DNA of 52,615 nt. Source: a virus. Its lineage: Duplodnaviria; Caudoviricetes. The DNA is taken from the IMG/VR virus record IMGVR_UViG_3300025115_000016, positions 1 through 52,615 of that record; one strand, written 5' to 3'. This document shows positions 1-8,905 of the stretch, piece by piece. Below the pieces are notes generated by a model that saw only the letters and a program-made list of their open reading frames with translations, did not search any database and had not been told where the DNA came from. Position 1 is the first letter of the stretch. Each line of letters starts with the position of its first letter. The translations under genes and the position numbers were made by a program.

Positions 1-131
1 CGGCAATGTTCTGCACAAGGGCGCTCTTCCCAAGCCCGGTGTCTCCAAGTATTGTCACAAATTCTTCCCGGTAGACGTAGAAATTTTCCTCCAGCGGAAG
101 GACCTTCTTCATATCCAGGAGAATGTTCTTT
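1..131. repeat. Terminal direct repeat (circular assembly overlap), left copy
   Basis: 1-131 matches 52485-52615 with one mismatch at position 5 (A vs G). It lies inside the primase-helicase gene, so it is an assembly overlap rather than a physical end. Confidence 0.95.
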
Positions 132-1177
132 GTATGCATTACGGAGAATATTCTGAGTTTCTCTTCAAGGCTCTGAGCGTCTTCCGGCTGTGCGGAGTTG
201 AATGACTTCTTCTTAAAGAACATACAGCGGTCGTCGCACCACTGATGCATGATCTCGTCGTGGCACGAATAGGTGTAGTTCTTTTTGAAGACGTCTCCGA
301 CCTTCTTGCGTATCTCTCCGACTTCCAGTTGACCCCTCGTCCATTCTCTCATCATCACTTCAATTCCAGACTGAGGAATTCCCGCACGTTTGAACGCGCT
401 GATCATCCTGAGCATGGAAATGTGTCTGGTTCCTATCTTTGGATCGGACGTATAGAGTTTCTGCATACAGGTTACGATCGGAGAGAAGCCGTCCGCTGCC
501 ATCGGATTGGTGTCCGTCAGGACTTCTTTCGGCCTGCGTTTAAGCCTTTCAAGTGGAAACCCATCAAACTCAAATGGCGGGAATGTGAAGTTGTTTCTCG
601 GCTGCTGCGACGCTTCGATGATTTCGCTGATGCTTGAGTTCATGAGTTCGCCGTTCTCAAGCGGTATCTTGTATCTTCCCGTTTTGTAGTTGACGGTATT
701 GGCCACTCTGATGAGTCTTGCCTTGTCGTAGATAGTATCGCATTCGGGGAACATATTCACGAGGGTTTCTTTGACCTCTTCATGCGATTCGAAGTTCCAT
801 AGGTTCGGAAGAACGAAGTGAAATCCGCTTCCGGAATAGTACGAACGAATATTTATTTCGTCGATGTCGTGCATCTCTTTGAGTTGAATGAACAGGTTCT
901 TTGCCCTTCGATGCACCATTTCGTCGCTGTCGCCTTTCTTGTCGACGTCCAGCGTAATGATTTCAATGATGGGCTTTCCGAGGTATCCTTTGACGGTCTT
1001 GAATGCACGCAGGTGATCTTTGAGGGTTTCGTCGAACAGATAGTAAGAGCGGTACAGTTCCATATTGCTTTTTTGTGCATCGAGTTGATGCCGTCCTATT
1101 TCAGACAGCGCAATTGGAATTCCCCTGTGAGAGAGGCTTCCTTTGGCGAGTTCAATGTACCGCACTTGGTTTGCCAT
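1..1177 (-). CDS. N-terminal part of an AEP primase(-polymerase) / PriL-like Cys domain / helicase fusion (about 637 aa, continues across the junction)
   Basis: Missing from the ORF track; translated by hand from ATG 1177 (MANQVRYIELAKG). AEP motifs: ITLDVD (DxD), YYSGSGFHF, DKARLIRVANTVN. Then TCMQ...YSCHDEIMHQWCDDRC. Runs in frame into MKKVLPLEE at 112 (=52596). Confidence 0.85.
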   Translation of the reverse strand, partial: MANQVRYIELAKGSLSHRGIPIALSEIGRHQLDAQKSNMELYRSYYLFDETLKDHLRAFKTVKGYLGKPIIEIITLDVDKKGDSDEMVHRRAKNLFIQLKEMHDIDEINIRSYYSGSGFHFVLPNLWNFESHEEVKETLVNMFPECDTIYDKARLIRVANTVNYKTGRYKIPLENGELMNSSISEIIEASQQPRNNFTFPPFEFDGFPLERLKRRPKEVLTDTNPMAADGFSPIVTCMQKLYTSDPKIGTRHISMLRMISAFKRAGIPQSGIEVMMREWTRGQLEVGEIRKKVGDVFKKNYTYSCHDEIMHQWCDDRCMFFKKKSFNSAQPEDAQSLEEKLRIFSVMHTKNILLDMKKVLPLEENFYVYREEFVTILGDTGLGKSALVQNIA

Positions 1178-1245
1178 GCTTTACCCCTTTATTGTAAATT
1201 GTTGAATTTGATTTTTATAGGAACGAATTTTTTTAGGCACCGCAC

Positions 1246-1271
1246 AAGGGGAGAGGACTTCCCCTCCCCTT
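1246..1271 (-). terminator. GC-rich hairpin downstream of the SSB-like gene
   Basis: Minus strand AAGGGGAGGGG-AAGT-CCTCTCCCCTT; the U-tail is weak. Confidence 0.45.
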
Positions 1272-1286
1272 ATGTGGAATTATGCC

Positions 1287-1880
1287 TTAAAATGACTTCG
1301 GCGCTTCAGCCTCTTCGTGAGGCGTCGGGAACGACAGGTCGTCCTCGATCGGCTTCACGTAGCCTGCTGCAACGTCGCTGTCGTACTTCGCACGAATGAC
1401 GTCCCTGACCGAGCGTCCGTCCTTGTCCTTCCAGTTAACCGGGAAGACCTCTCTGTACGTACGGTACTTGTTCTTTCCCGTCTCCTCGTTCTTTGCGTAG
1501 GGATATTGAAGACGAACGATCTTCTTTCCGACCAACTGCGACAGAACGTCGTCCGGAATGGAGTTGTCGGGATTCAGATGTTTCCACGAGACCTTCAAGC
1601 GGTTCAAGAGGATCTTCACGCTCGTTGCCGAGGACCACTGAAGTTTTCCGTTCTCGTCGCGTTTGAGATTTCCGGCGATGGTGAATTTCGGTTTGAAGTT
1701 CTGTCCGACTTCGAGTTCCATTTCGATGCCGACGTCAACCGGCTTTCCGTTCTTGTAGATGTCCTCATTCGATACGCTGCGTGCCGACACAATTTCCGCT
1801 TCTCCGATGAAGATTCCGTTGAAGTTGGAATCGTTGCTCAGAAGGTTTTCATCGTGCGATTGTCCGTTTGTTGCTGACAT
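1287..1880 (-). CDS. Putative single-stranded DNA-binding protein
   Basis: Sits between the AAA_24 ATPase and the primase; beta-rich with an acidic tail (IEDDLSF...EEAEAPKSF). Confidence 0.5.
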   Translation of the reverse strand: MSATNGQSHDENLLSNDSNFNGIFIGEAEIVSARSVSNEDIYKNGKPVDVGIEMELEVGQNFKPKFTIAGNLKRDENGKLQWSSATSVKILLNRLKVSWKHLNPDNSIPDDVLSQLVGKKIVRLQYPYAKNEETGKNKYRTYREVFPVNWKDKDGRSVRDVIRAKYDSDVAAGYVKPIEDDLSFPTPHEEAEAPKSF

Positions 1881-1892
1881 GGTGCTTCTCCT

Positions 1893-2591
1893 TTAAGATT
1901 GATAGTTGATGATTGATTGACGTACAAGTCCAAGATCGTTTGGTATCCTGTTTTCCTTGAACATTCCGTACGGTGATTTTGCGGTACATGTGCCGTCCGC
2001 ATTGGTGATGAAGTAGTACTTTGTGGTTCCGTTGACGTTATTTCGTTCTGCTCCTGCAAATAATACGACAGTGAAGAGTCCTTCCATTGTGATGGTATTG
2101 TCCAGCATCTTCCCAAGCGTCTTTATCTTGCGTTCTCCGTTGTCTCCGAGTTCGTCGTGGTAGAGAAAGAAGATGTACAGTTCCCTTTTGAGTTCCCTGG
2201 CTTTGTCGATGGGCTTGAACCCTATCTCTGCAAGTTCGGAAAACTTGTCGTATCCTTTCACCCTGGCTTTGTCCATGTAGGCGAATGCCATGATGTACTG
2301 TGCGTCATCGATGACGATGTTCTCTATTTCCGGTCTTGACTTGTCGATGAATTCAAGCACGTCCACGATGGTCTTCATGTCGTCCGTTTCAATGTAGTTT
2401 CCTCCTTTCGAAATCGGCATAGTGGTATCAAAATGTTTCTTCCATCCCTTTGTCGGCAAGGCTTTGTTTGCGACGTTGATGATCGCCGTCTTCTTTGGAT
2501 CGAGACCGGTGATGTTGAGTTCTGGGAACGGAAGAATTGCGGTGGACTTTCCTTTGCCGGACGGGCCGACGATTGCAATGACTTGACTCAA
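1893..2591 (-). CDS. AAA_24 / Sak4-like ATPase (recombination/annealing)
   Basis: Walker A GPSGKGKS, IVIDDAQY, KTLGKMLD...EGLFTVVL, TAKSPYGMF; typical of this family in Bacteroidota phages. Confidence 0.85.
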   Translation of the reverse strand: MSQVIAIVGPSGKGKSTAILPFPELNITGLDPKKTAIINVANKALPTKGWKKHFDTTMPISKGGNYIETDDMKTIVDVLEFIDKSRPEIENIVIDDAQYIMAFAYMDKARVKGYDKFSELAEIGFKPIDKARELKRELYIFFLYHDELGDNGERKIKTLGKMLDNTITMEGLFTVVLFAGAERNNVNGTTKYYFITNADGTCTAKSPYGMFKENRIPNDLGLVRQSIINYQS

Positions 2592-2744
2592 GATATGCTC
2601 CTATAAGTTAGTGATGGGAATGAAATGTAGGTAATTTAAGAGAAGTGGTCAATAGTCATTTCGTACAATAAAATCCGCACTTTTTCGCCGTCGTCGCCCG
2701 GTGCAAAGGTCATCTGCTCAATTTCGTTGAGCATCACATAGACG

Positions 2745-3062
2745 CTAAGTTCCCGCTTCAAGAGCGCCTGGAATATCTTCCTGGCTCTTTCCTGAGAGTC
2801 CCCAAACATGGACAAGCCTCTGAGTGAGAGAGCAGTGGCGTCTGCCTTTTGAACAGACAAGTCCTGCTTCTCTGAGTTCGAACATTCGTCCGGTGACGAC
2901 GTTGATGGGAAGACCCGATGCCCTTGATATTTCCATATTGCTCAAGGCGTGGTCGGGATGCTGCATGAGGAAGGAAAGAATTTGTTTCTGTCTGCCATGC
3001 ACCTTTCCTTCTGCGTGGGTCAGTTCATACGACTGATCTCTGGTGTCGGTTGCTGTTTCCAT
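2745..3062 (-). CDS. Winged helix-turn-helix protein
   Basis: QILSFL...SNMEISRASGLPINVVTGRMFELREAGLV pattern. Confidence 0.7.
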   Translation of the reverse strand: METATDTRDQSYELTHAEGKVHGRQKQILSFLMQHPDHALSNMEISRASGLPINVVTGRMFELREAGLVCSKGRRHCSLTQRLVHVWGLSGKSQEDIPGALEAGT

Positions 3063-3066
3063 TTGG

Positions 3067-3447
3067 CTACTCCTTCGATAGTTTGCCCGTTACATTTTTG
3101 ATGAGTTCGTTTACATCCTTTGCGTTGAGCGTTCCAAGCACAATTTCCGATCTGATTTTGTTCTTCACATCGTAAGATACCCCGCGACAATACCCAAGTT
3201 TTAGCAATATCTTATTTGCCAAAATTTCCGCCACCTCTGTATTGGTATAACTCTTTTTACCATAGTTTGCGATCATTTCATTGGGGATCAGTCGATATGC
3301 TTTGCGTATTTCTGCGGCTTTTGCTGCAAGACCGAGATTCATTATACATTCCGAGACCTTTTTGTCGTACTTCTTTTCCTTCTTCGCACTGAGGTCGTCG
3401 TATATCTTGTCAATAAGCGCTTCGACTTGCTGTTGGTTGAGTTTCAT
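3067..3447 (-). CDS. Hypothetical protein
   Basis: ORF with an AGGAG RBS in a tightly packed leftward operon. Confidence 0.7.
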   Translation of the reverse strand: MKLNQQQVEALIDKIYDDLSAKKEKKYDKKVSECIMNLGLAAKAAEIRKAYRLIPNEMIANYGKKSYTNTEVAEILANKILLKLGYCRGVSYDVKNKIRSEIVLGTLNAKDVNELIKNVTGKLSKE

Positions 3448-3546
3448 TTACTTCTCCTTTGATAGTTGTTGAAAGAAATTTGAGATGTCGCTCGAGGTAA
3501 GTGAGTCCTCACGAGCAACCGTTGCCTCACTCCCGTTCTCAAATTG

Positions 3547-3756
3547 TTATTTGGACACCGGGAAGCTCTTCTGATTGAACATCGCCACCGCATCGAAGAG
3601 TTCTTCGAAGGTCACCTCAAGACGTACGCCTTTTCGGTCTATCCTTACGATGTCGGTATCGAGGTAGATATTGATTTGAATGTTTGCTTCAACGTCAACA
3701 GCTTCAATCAAAGAGCCTTCGATACGCGTCTGTTTGTACAGCGTTGCTATTGCCAT
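3547..3756 (-). CDS. Hypothetical protein
   Basis: ORF with GGGGA RBS in the operon. Confidence 0.65.
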   Translation of the reverse strand: MAIATLYKQTRIEGSLIEAVDVEANIQINIYLDTDIVRIDRKGVRLEVTFEELFDAVAMFNQKSFPVSK

Positions 3757-3766
3757 CTATTCCCCC

Positions 3767-4060
3767 TTAAGAGAACAGTTCGCTCAGCGTTGCCGAGAGG
3801 TTCTCTTTGGTCAGGTGAAGGACCATCAGATCGTTCCGGCGTTCCACAAGGTCCGAAATGTTCAGCGGATATTTCCCGGCTGTTTCATTCAAAGCGACCT
3901 CAGCCTGGGCGATCTCGATGTTGACCTTTGCGATCTCGAGTTGCAGCGACTGTTTGACTTCTGCTGCACGCAGGGGGGCCAATTCCTTTTCGCTCTCTTT
4001 TTTGGTTTGACTGAGCAGATCGATGTACTTCTTTGAGAAAGAAAACAGTTTGGTTGGCAT
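3767..4060 (-). CDS. Hypothetical coiled-coil protein
   Basis: AGGAG RBS; heptad-rich sequence. Confidence 0.7.
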   Translation of the reverse strand: MPTKLFSFSKKYIDLLSQTKKESEKELAPLRAAEVKQSLQLEIAKVNIEIAQAEVALNETAGKYPLNISDLVERRNDLMVLHLTKENLSATLSELFS

Positions 4061-4087
4061 AACTACTCCTTTTGTTTATTGGTTAAT

Positions 4088-4471
4088 TTATTTGGACAGT
4101 ACCCTTTGTGCTACCAAAAGTTTTGTTGCGGGCGAACGGTTGAAGGCCGAAAGGGCAAAGAACTCCTTGTACTTATCGGGAACGGTTGCTTGTTCCAAAA
4201 TGAGACGTAACGCATCGCAACCGTTATTGTTCTCCGTTAATATGTTCGCTGTTTGCCAGAAACTTCGACTTAACGTACCCGACCATAGGAAGAATTGATC
4301 GATGAGATCTGAAATAGAATCATCGGTCGTCTTTGTATTACATTTCACATTTCTTTCGAAAATTTCATAGTGGGCACATTTCCATATCGGATGCAGTCCT
4401 TCTTCTATGAATCTCTTTTCGAGACTCAAAAACAGATTGTCCCGATCGGTATATTCGCTTTGTTTTTTCAT
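4088..4471 (-). CDS. Hypothetical protein
   Basis: ORF in the operon. Confidence 0.65.
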   Translation of the reverse strand: MKKQSEYTDRDNLFLSLEKRFIEEGLHPIWKCAHYEIFERNVKCNTKTTDDSISDLIDQFFLWSGTLSRSFWQTANILTENNNGCDALRLILEQATVPDKYKEFFALSAFNRSPATKLLVAQRVLSK

Positions 4472-4475
4472 TGGT

Positions 4476-4832
4476 TTATTCCTTTGGTTTAACGACTTGA
4501 CGTTCCCACGAAGTAAGTCCCCTGATTTTGCTCACGGAGACTCTTCGCGCGATGTGGCCGGTTGATTCGTTCTCGAGGTCGAACCTCAGTCCGAGCTTGG
4601 TGCTCTTTCTGATTTTGATGATGCGATAGACGTTTGATTTGATGTCGTTCTCAAACACGATGGGAGTGTGGAACAGCACGAGTGCTGTCCTCGAATAGGG
4701 ATCGTGTGCTCCGAAGTCCGGGATGAGCATGTTGTCGGTGACGAGAACGTCTTTGGCATCAATCTCTTTTTCAAACAGACTGAACCAAAACAATTTGAGT
4801 GCTTCGATGAATTTATACCATATCTTCTTCAT
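4476..4832 (-). CDS. Hypothetical protein
   Basis: ORF in the operon. Confidence 0.65.
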   Translation of the reverse strand: MKKIWYKFIEALKLFWFSLFEKEIDAKDVLVTDNMLIPDFGAHDPYSRTALVLFHTPIVFENDIKSNVYRIIKIRKSTKLGLRFDLENESTGHIARRVSVSKIRGLTSWERQVVKPKE

Positions 4833-5274
4833 TGTTCATTCCTTTCGTTTTAATTTTTTGTTTTGAAAGATGCCGTTCCAGTTTGCGAATGTGGCCTTCG
4901 AGTTCTTTAATTCGAAGCATGATTGCCGATGCAAGTTCGTGTCCACTTGCATCTGCCATTCTTCCGAGAGTACCTGTATCATCGGAAAAACAAGGATACA
5001 AGCCATCCTCGTCTGGTGTTTTTATTCCTTTGACAAATCCCCAAATGCAATTTGTGCAGTCTGGATACACCCCTAATTTTTTTAATTCTTCTTTACCGTT
5101 GGGAATAGTAGCAATACAAAGACTGCATGTTTTTATAGTGCCAAAGCCGGTCAATTTGGGTAAGACATCCCGGCCAGAACCACGACTGAGTTGTCCGAGA
5201 GTAATGGACTTGTATCTTTTCAAGAGGTTCTTTGCAGCTACCAGACCATATTTCAATCGAGATTTTGCTTTCAT
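4813..5274 (-). CDS. Hypothetical protein with two CxxC motifs (possible Zn binding)
   Basis: Likely start MKAKSR at 5274, coupled to the upstream stop; CSLC and CTNC. Confidence 0.6.
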   Translation of the reverse strand: MKAKSRLKYGLVAAKNLLKRYKSITLGQLSRGSGRDVLPKLTGFGTIKTCSLCIATIPNGKEELKKLGVYPDCTNCIWGFVKGIKTPDEDGLYPCFSDDTGTLGRMADASGHELASAIMLRIKELEGHIRKLERHLSKQKIKTKGMNNEEDMV

Positions 5275-5402
5275 TTGCTGTTCCTTTCTTTGTCTTCTTG
5301 TTCCTGTTCTATATCGATAACGCTGTTCATCGCCATCAGCGCCCATATTGCCAAATAGACGACGATGACGACAGCGCCTATGACGAGTGTGATTTCTACC
5401 AT
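5271..5402 (-). CDS. Small single-pass membrane protein (43 aa)
   Basis: Translated by hand: MVEITLVIGAVVIVVYLAIWALMAMNSVIDIEQEQEDKERNSK; overlaps neighbours at start and stop. Confidence 0.55.
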   Translation of the reverse strand: MVEITLVIGAVVIVVYLAIWALMAMNSVIDIEQEQEDKERNSK

Positions 5403-5554
5403 ATATTATCCTTCTCCTTCCATCCGAGGTTTTTCCTCCAATGCCTTCCGAAGAAGTGCCTCATCAGTCCTTCCAGAATGTACGACATTCCAAGATAGAC
5501 GAAGAAGGCAAGGATGAGGTAGAACACAAGGTCGAGGTATTCAGTCCATTCCAT
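5396..5554 (-). CDS. Small single-pass membrane protein (52 aa)
   Basis: Translated by hand: MEWTEYLDLVFYLILAFFVYLGMSYILEGLMRHFFGRHWRK...; GGAGG RBS. Confidence 0.55.
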   Translation of the reverse strand: MEWTEYLDLVFYLILAFFVYLGMSYILEGLMRHFFGRHWRKNLGWKEKDNIW

Positions 5555-5809
5555 TTATTCCTCCAAATTGAAGTCTTCAATGCGTTCGCACAACAGAAGA
5601 AGTTGATAGAAGATATGTTCTTTCATGACCGGTCTTGCTTCGCATACCTGGATCCACGTTTGATATGAGTCGTTGCTGCTTGGCGGCTCAATCTCAAATA
5701 TTTCGCAGAAGTGCTTCATTTCATCGTTGAACATATAGTTAATGACCTTCTTCAACGCCTCGGTTGGTACATTGGTCGTTTCGATTTGCATATCTAATGT
5801 GATACTCAT
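5555..5809 (-). CDS. Hypothetical protein
   Basis: AGGAGG RBS; ATGA overlap with the upstream gene. Confidence 0.65.
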   Translation of the reverse strand: MSITLDMQIETTNVPTEALKKVINYMFNDEMKHFCEIFEIEPPSSNDSYQTWIQVCEARPVMKEHIFYQLLLLCERIEDFNLEE

Positions 5810-6033
5810 ATATCCTCCTTAAATCTTACATCGAATGTATCGTTAAATAGTTCCCACATTGGGGTTGATACCCGATTTTCAATGCGGCGATGATGCGCGT
5901 ATTCGTTCTTTCTGTCAAAGTAATCCCGCATCCCCACATTCAACCTATGCCACATCACTATCGCCTCTTCCTCTGTTTCAAGCGTTATCGTGATTGGCTG
6001 AAATGGCTTTACATCTTTCTGTTCTACTTTCAT
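5806..6033 (-). CDS. Hypothetical protein
   Basis: Likely start MKVEQK at 6033 after GGAGG. Confidence 0.65.
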   Translation of the reverse strand: MKVEQKDVKPFQPITITLETEEEAIVMWHRLNVGMRDYFDRKNEYAHHRRIENRVSTPMWELFNDTFDVRFKEDI

Positions 6034-6205
6034 ATTACCTCCCTTGTTTGTTTTAAAGTTATTAAACCGCCGGATGCAATCTTGCCCCCTCTCGTGTATT
6101 GAAGACAAGTTCCCACCCGGTTCATGCTGTTCGAGAGATGCACGCCTGTATTCGATAAATGGGTTATCCACCTAAGCGTACACGTCCCTTTCGCATTCGG
6201 TCTTT

Positions 6206-6427
6206 TTATATCGATAGTTTTTGTGACAGTTGTTTGCGGTATTCAACTTCCCGTTCCGCTTCAAAGAGAACGTCGTCGGAGACCTCGACGGCATCGCAGA
6301 GGTTGTCTTTGAGCCAGAGGAAGTATCCGGGTTCGAATTCAAGGACCTCGGAGACCTTAAAGCCCTTGTGCTTTCCGAAGTTTAGCATGCTGAATTTCTT
6401 CAGCACGCACTTTTCGTTCTCGAGCAT
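6206..6427 (-). CDS. Small FGKHKG-domain protein (DUF3820 / ExoX C-terminal-like)
   Basis: MLNFGKHKG...EPGYFLWL signature. Confidence 0.7.
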   Translation of the reverse strand: MLENEKCVLKKFSMLNFGKHKGFKVSEVLEFEPGYFLWLKDNLCDAVEVSDDVLFEAEREVEYRKQLSQKLSI

Positions 6428-6504
6428 TGTCGGACACCTTTCTGAGTTTGCGGACAGTTCGTATCATGGACTGCTGGATTTGCTGCATTGTGCGGACTTC
6501 GGGG

Positions 6505-6696
6505 CTAACCTTGTTCATAGGCGGCCTCCATCATTTCGCGTTCAAACATCTTTTCGATCGTTCGTGCTTCGTGCTTCTGATGTGTCGGGGTAAACCGCAC
6601 ACGCTCAGAAATTCTTAACAACGGCAAGGACAGCCTTATTTGTCGATTTATTTCGACCTGTACGGCTTGCCTTGTTTGTCTTTCGCGGATAGTCAT
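6505..6696 (-). CDS. Hypothetical protein
   Basis: Start MTIRER after AGGAGG. Confidence 0.5.
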   Translation of the reverse strand: MTIRERQTRQAVQVEINRQIRLSLPLLRISERVRFTPTHQKHEARTIEKMFEREMMEAAYEQG

Positions 6697-6823
6697 TTCG
6701 ATCCTCCTTTTTGATTTCCGGTTGGTAGATGTATGACGGTGCAACTTTGAATTGATTGTAGAACTGTCTCCGAAGAGAGTTTCCGATTACAGCCATTGTG
6801 TACCTCCTTGTTTGTTTGAGAGT

Positions 6824-7228
6824 TTACTCCAATTCCATCAACGGTTTTATTTTCCACAGTCTTCCATTGCGGACGTAGATTGCAGAGTCATATCGAGCGG
6901 GCGTGATATATGTTTTGCCGAACATCTGCATATTAAAATGTGGATAAAAAATTCTGGGTATATATTCATCATTTTTTTGTTTGAAAGAAATTCGCATTAC
7001 GTTATTGGTAATCTTTATATATCCAAGAGAGTCCCAGATGATAGATACGTATGCAATATCAACTTTGGTATAGTTTTGGGTTCCAACCCACCCAACACTA
7101 TCGACGATAAATATTGTCCCGCGATATGTAGATGTGGATGATGTATCAAAATACAGGTTATTTACCTGTCCATATCCGACAGAGCCGATTAGCAACAGTC
7201 CGGTAAGTAACAAGAGTGTTAGTTTCAT
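6824..7228 (-). CDS. Predicted secreted protein (signal peptide with Gln at +1)
   Basis: MKLTLLLLTGLLLIGSVGYG|QVN. Confidence 0.7.
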   Translation of the reverse strand: MKLTLLLLTGLLLIGSVGYGQVNNLYFDTSSTSTYRGTIFIVDSVGWVGTQNYTKVDIAYVSIIWDSLGYIKITNNVMRISFKQKNDEYIPRIFYPHFNMQMFGKTYITPARYDSAIYVRNGRLWKIKPLMELE

Positions 7229-7461
7229 TTTCCACCTTCGATTAGTTTGTCAATGTCGGATTTAATTGCGTATGGAAGCGGGTTTGATAAATCTTCAACA
7301 TCGCTGAATAGGTAATAACGCAACCCCTTCATTCCCTCTTTAATCCTGTTGAGTTCGGATTTCAATGCCTTAATTTCTGCGGATTGGTCATCAATCTTCT
7401 TTTGGAACACAGAAGCAATCGCATCCTCTCTGTATGTTTCCATCTTCGTTTGTTCTGTCAT
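7225..7461 (-). CDS. Hypothetical protein, paralog of 7458..8045
   Basis: Likely start MTEQTKME at 7461. Confidence 0.65.
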   Translation of the reverse strand: MTEQTKMETYREDAIASVFQKKIDDQSAEIKALKSELNRIKEGMKGLRYYLFSDVEDLSNPLPYAIKSDIDKLIEGGK

Positions 7462-8045
7462 TGGGAGTCTCCTTCCGATGTATGACCGCAAGCCCTTGCC
7501 AGTCGTTCCTTACCTTCGATTAGTTTATTTGCAAACGCCCTTAATACCGCTCCACGTGCGGGGTATGTATATCGTGCATCATCTTCATAACTTCCCTCAA
7601 AATGAATATCGGAATTGGTTACTTTCCCTCCCCTTGATTCTACGTCTGGAACACACAACAACATTTCATCATAACTATCTGCTGCAATCAGTTTCACCCC
7701 CTCTTTAATCCTGTCGAGTTCGTCAGCCAGCGTTTTTATTTTGGCTCGTAATGACGGGCTTTCAAGTCTTACTAAATTATCACAGAATGATAGGTCGATG
7801 ATTTTGCAATCCCAAAATTCAAACGGCTCGTCAATCGCCAGTACTATCGAGTATTGTTGCCGAGTAATTTCTTTTGATAATTCCGCTTTCAACGCTTCGA
7901 TTTCTGCGGCTTGGGATTGAGTGGCTTCGGTGATTGCTTTAATGAAATTGTCCTTTGTAAGGCATAGCCACGTTCGCCCATAAGAATCTAAAAACCCTTC
8001 CGAGTATTTATTCCAAAGTTCTTCCATCTTCGTTTGTTCGGTCAT
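7458..8045 (-). CDS. Hypothetical protein
   Basis: AAGGAGG RBS; starts MTEQTKME. Confidence 0.7.
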   Translation of the reverse strand: MTEQTKMEELWNKYSEGFLDSYGRTWLCLTKDNFIKAITEATQSQAAEIEALKAELSKEITRQQYSIVLAIDEPFEFWDCKIIDLSFCDNLVRLESPSLRAKIKTLADELDRIKEGVKLIAADSYDEMLLCVPDVESRGGKVTNSDIHFEGSYEDDARYTYPARGAVLRAFANKLIEGKERLARACGHTSEGDSQ

Positions 8046-8063
8046 TTCATCCTCCTTGTTGAT

Positions 8064-8375
8064 TTATTCTTCGACCTCGATCATTGTTTCTTTGATGGGA
8101 GAAATAAGGCGTTCGGCACTTGCACCGTTTCTTGCTTCATAATCAAATTGGTTTTTATAGAGTTCTGACGTTACGCCATACTCCATATAATTTGACCTTA
8201 CCCCATAAACCCACCTCCACTTTTTTACCTTCTTCTTCGGCTGTTCTTCAATAAAGCCCATATCGGCATACCCGAAGAAAATAAACTCTGGATCAACGAT
8301 TCCCCGCCCAAATTCGCAAAATCTCATCTCTCCGTATCCGTTTTTGTAAATAGCCACTCTAATCATTGCACTCAT
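8064..8375 (-). CDS. Hypothetical protein
   Basis: AAGGAGG RBS. Confidence 0.7.
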   Translation of the reverse strand: MSAMIRVAIYKNGYGEMRFCEFGRGIVDPEFIFFGYADMGFIEEQPKKKVKKWRWVYGVRSNYMEYGVTSELYKNQFDYEARNGASAERLISPIKETMIEVEE

Positions 8376-8417
8376 ATTGCCTCCTTGTTATTTTTTATAT
8401 AGGGTAACTCGTATTTA

Positions 8418-8460
8418 GAAAAACACCAAAACACAAGGGGGACAAAAGTCCCCCCGTGTT
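8418..8460 (-). terminator. Rho-independent terminator
   Basis: Minus strand GGGGGAC-TTTT-GTCCCCC followed by TTGTGTTTTGGTGTTTTT. Confidence 0.7.
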
Positions 8461-8581
8461 CACTCATGTTCAGGTCGCTCCGTAATTGCGACAAGCGTCT
8501 ACTTGCTGTCACTTTTGCCAATATTGCTGACACGGGTGCCCGCCCCTAACGTACCCTCAATGCACGAGTAAAGATTGGCAC

Positions 8582-8905
8582 TCACTCCAACGTAGCATGT
8601 CCACGTTCACCTTCAGGCTGTCCGACAAGGTACGACACTTTCCCCTTGCCGAAGGCACTTGTGAATGGGCCGTACAACGCCTTTCCCTTCTTCACCACTG
8701 CGTCACGGAGCATCTCTTCCGTGATACCGTCACCCTCATCCGGGACTGCACGCAAGGTCACACGTGCACCCGCCATGCTACCGAACTGCTGACGCAGTGC
8801 ATCGTGTTTCCCGATTGCCTCAGTCAACGTTGCACATTGCGTAACGGGAGCCAGAGACATCGAATTGTTCCCGACTTTCAGCGAAGCGGATACTGACAGT
8901 TTCAT
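8582..8905 (-). CDS. Hypothetical protein, first gene of the leftward (early) arm
   Basis: GGAG RBS; adjacent to the divergent intergenic region. Confidence 0.7.
   Translation of the reverse strand: MKLSVSASLKVGNNSMSLAPVTQCATLTEAIGKHDALRQQFGSMAGARVTLRAVPDEGDGITEEMLRDAVVKKGKALYGPFTSAFGKGKVSYLVGQPEGERGHATLE

Noticed and set aside
1-131. Biological terminal repeat
   Set aside because: It interrupts the primase-helicase CDS and has a k-mer-like length; best explained as circular assembly overlap.
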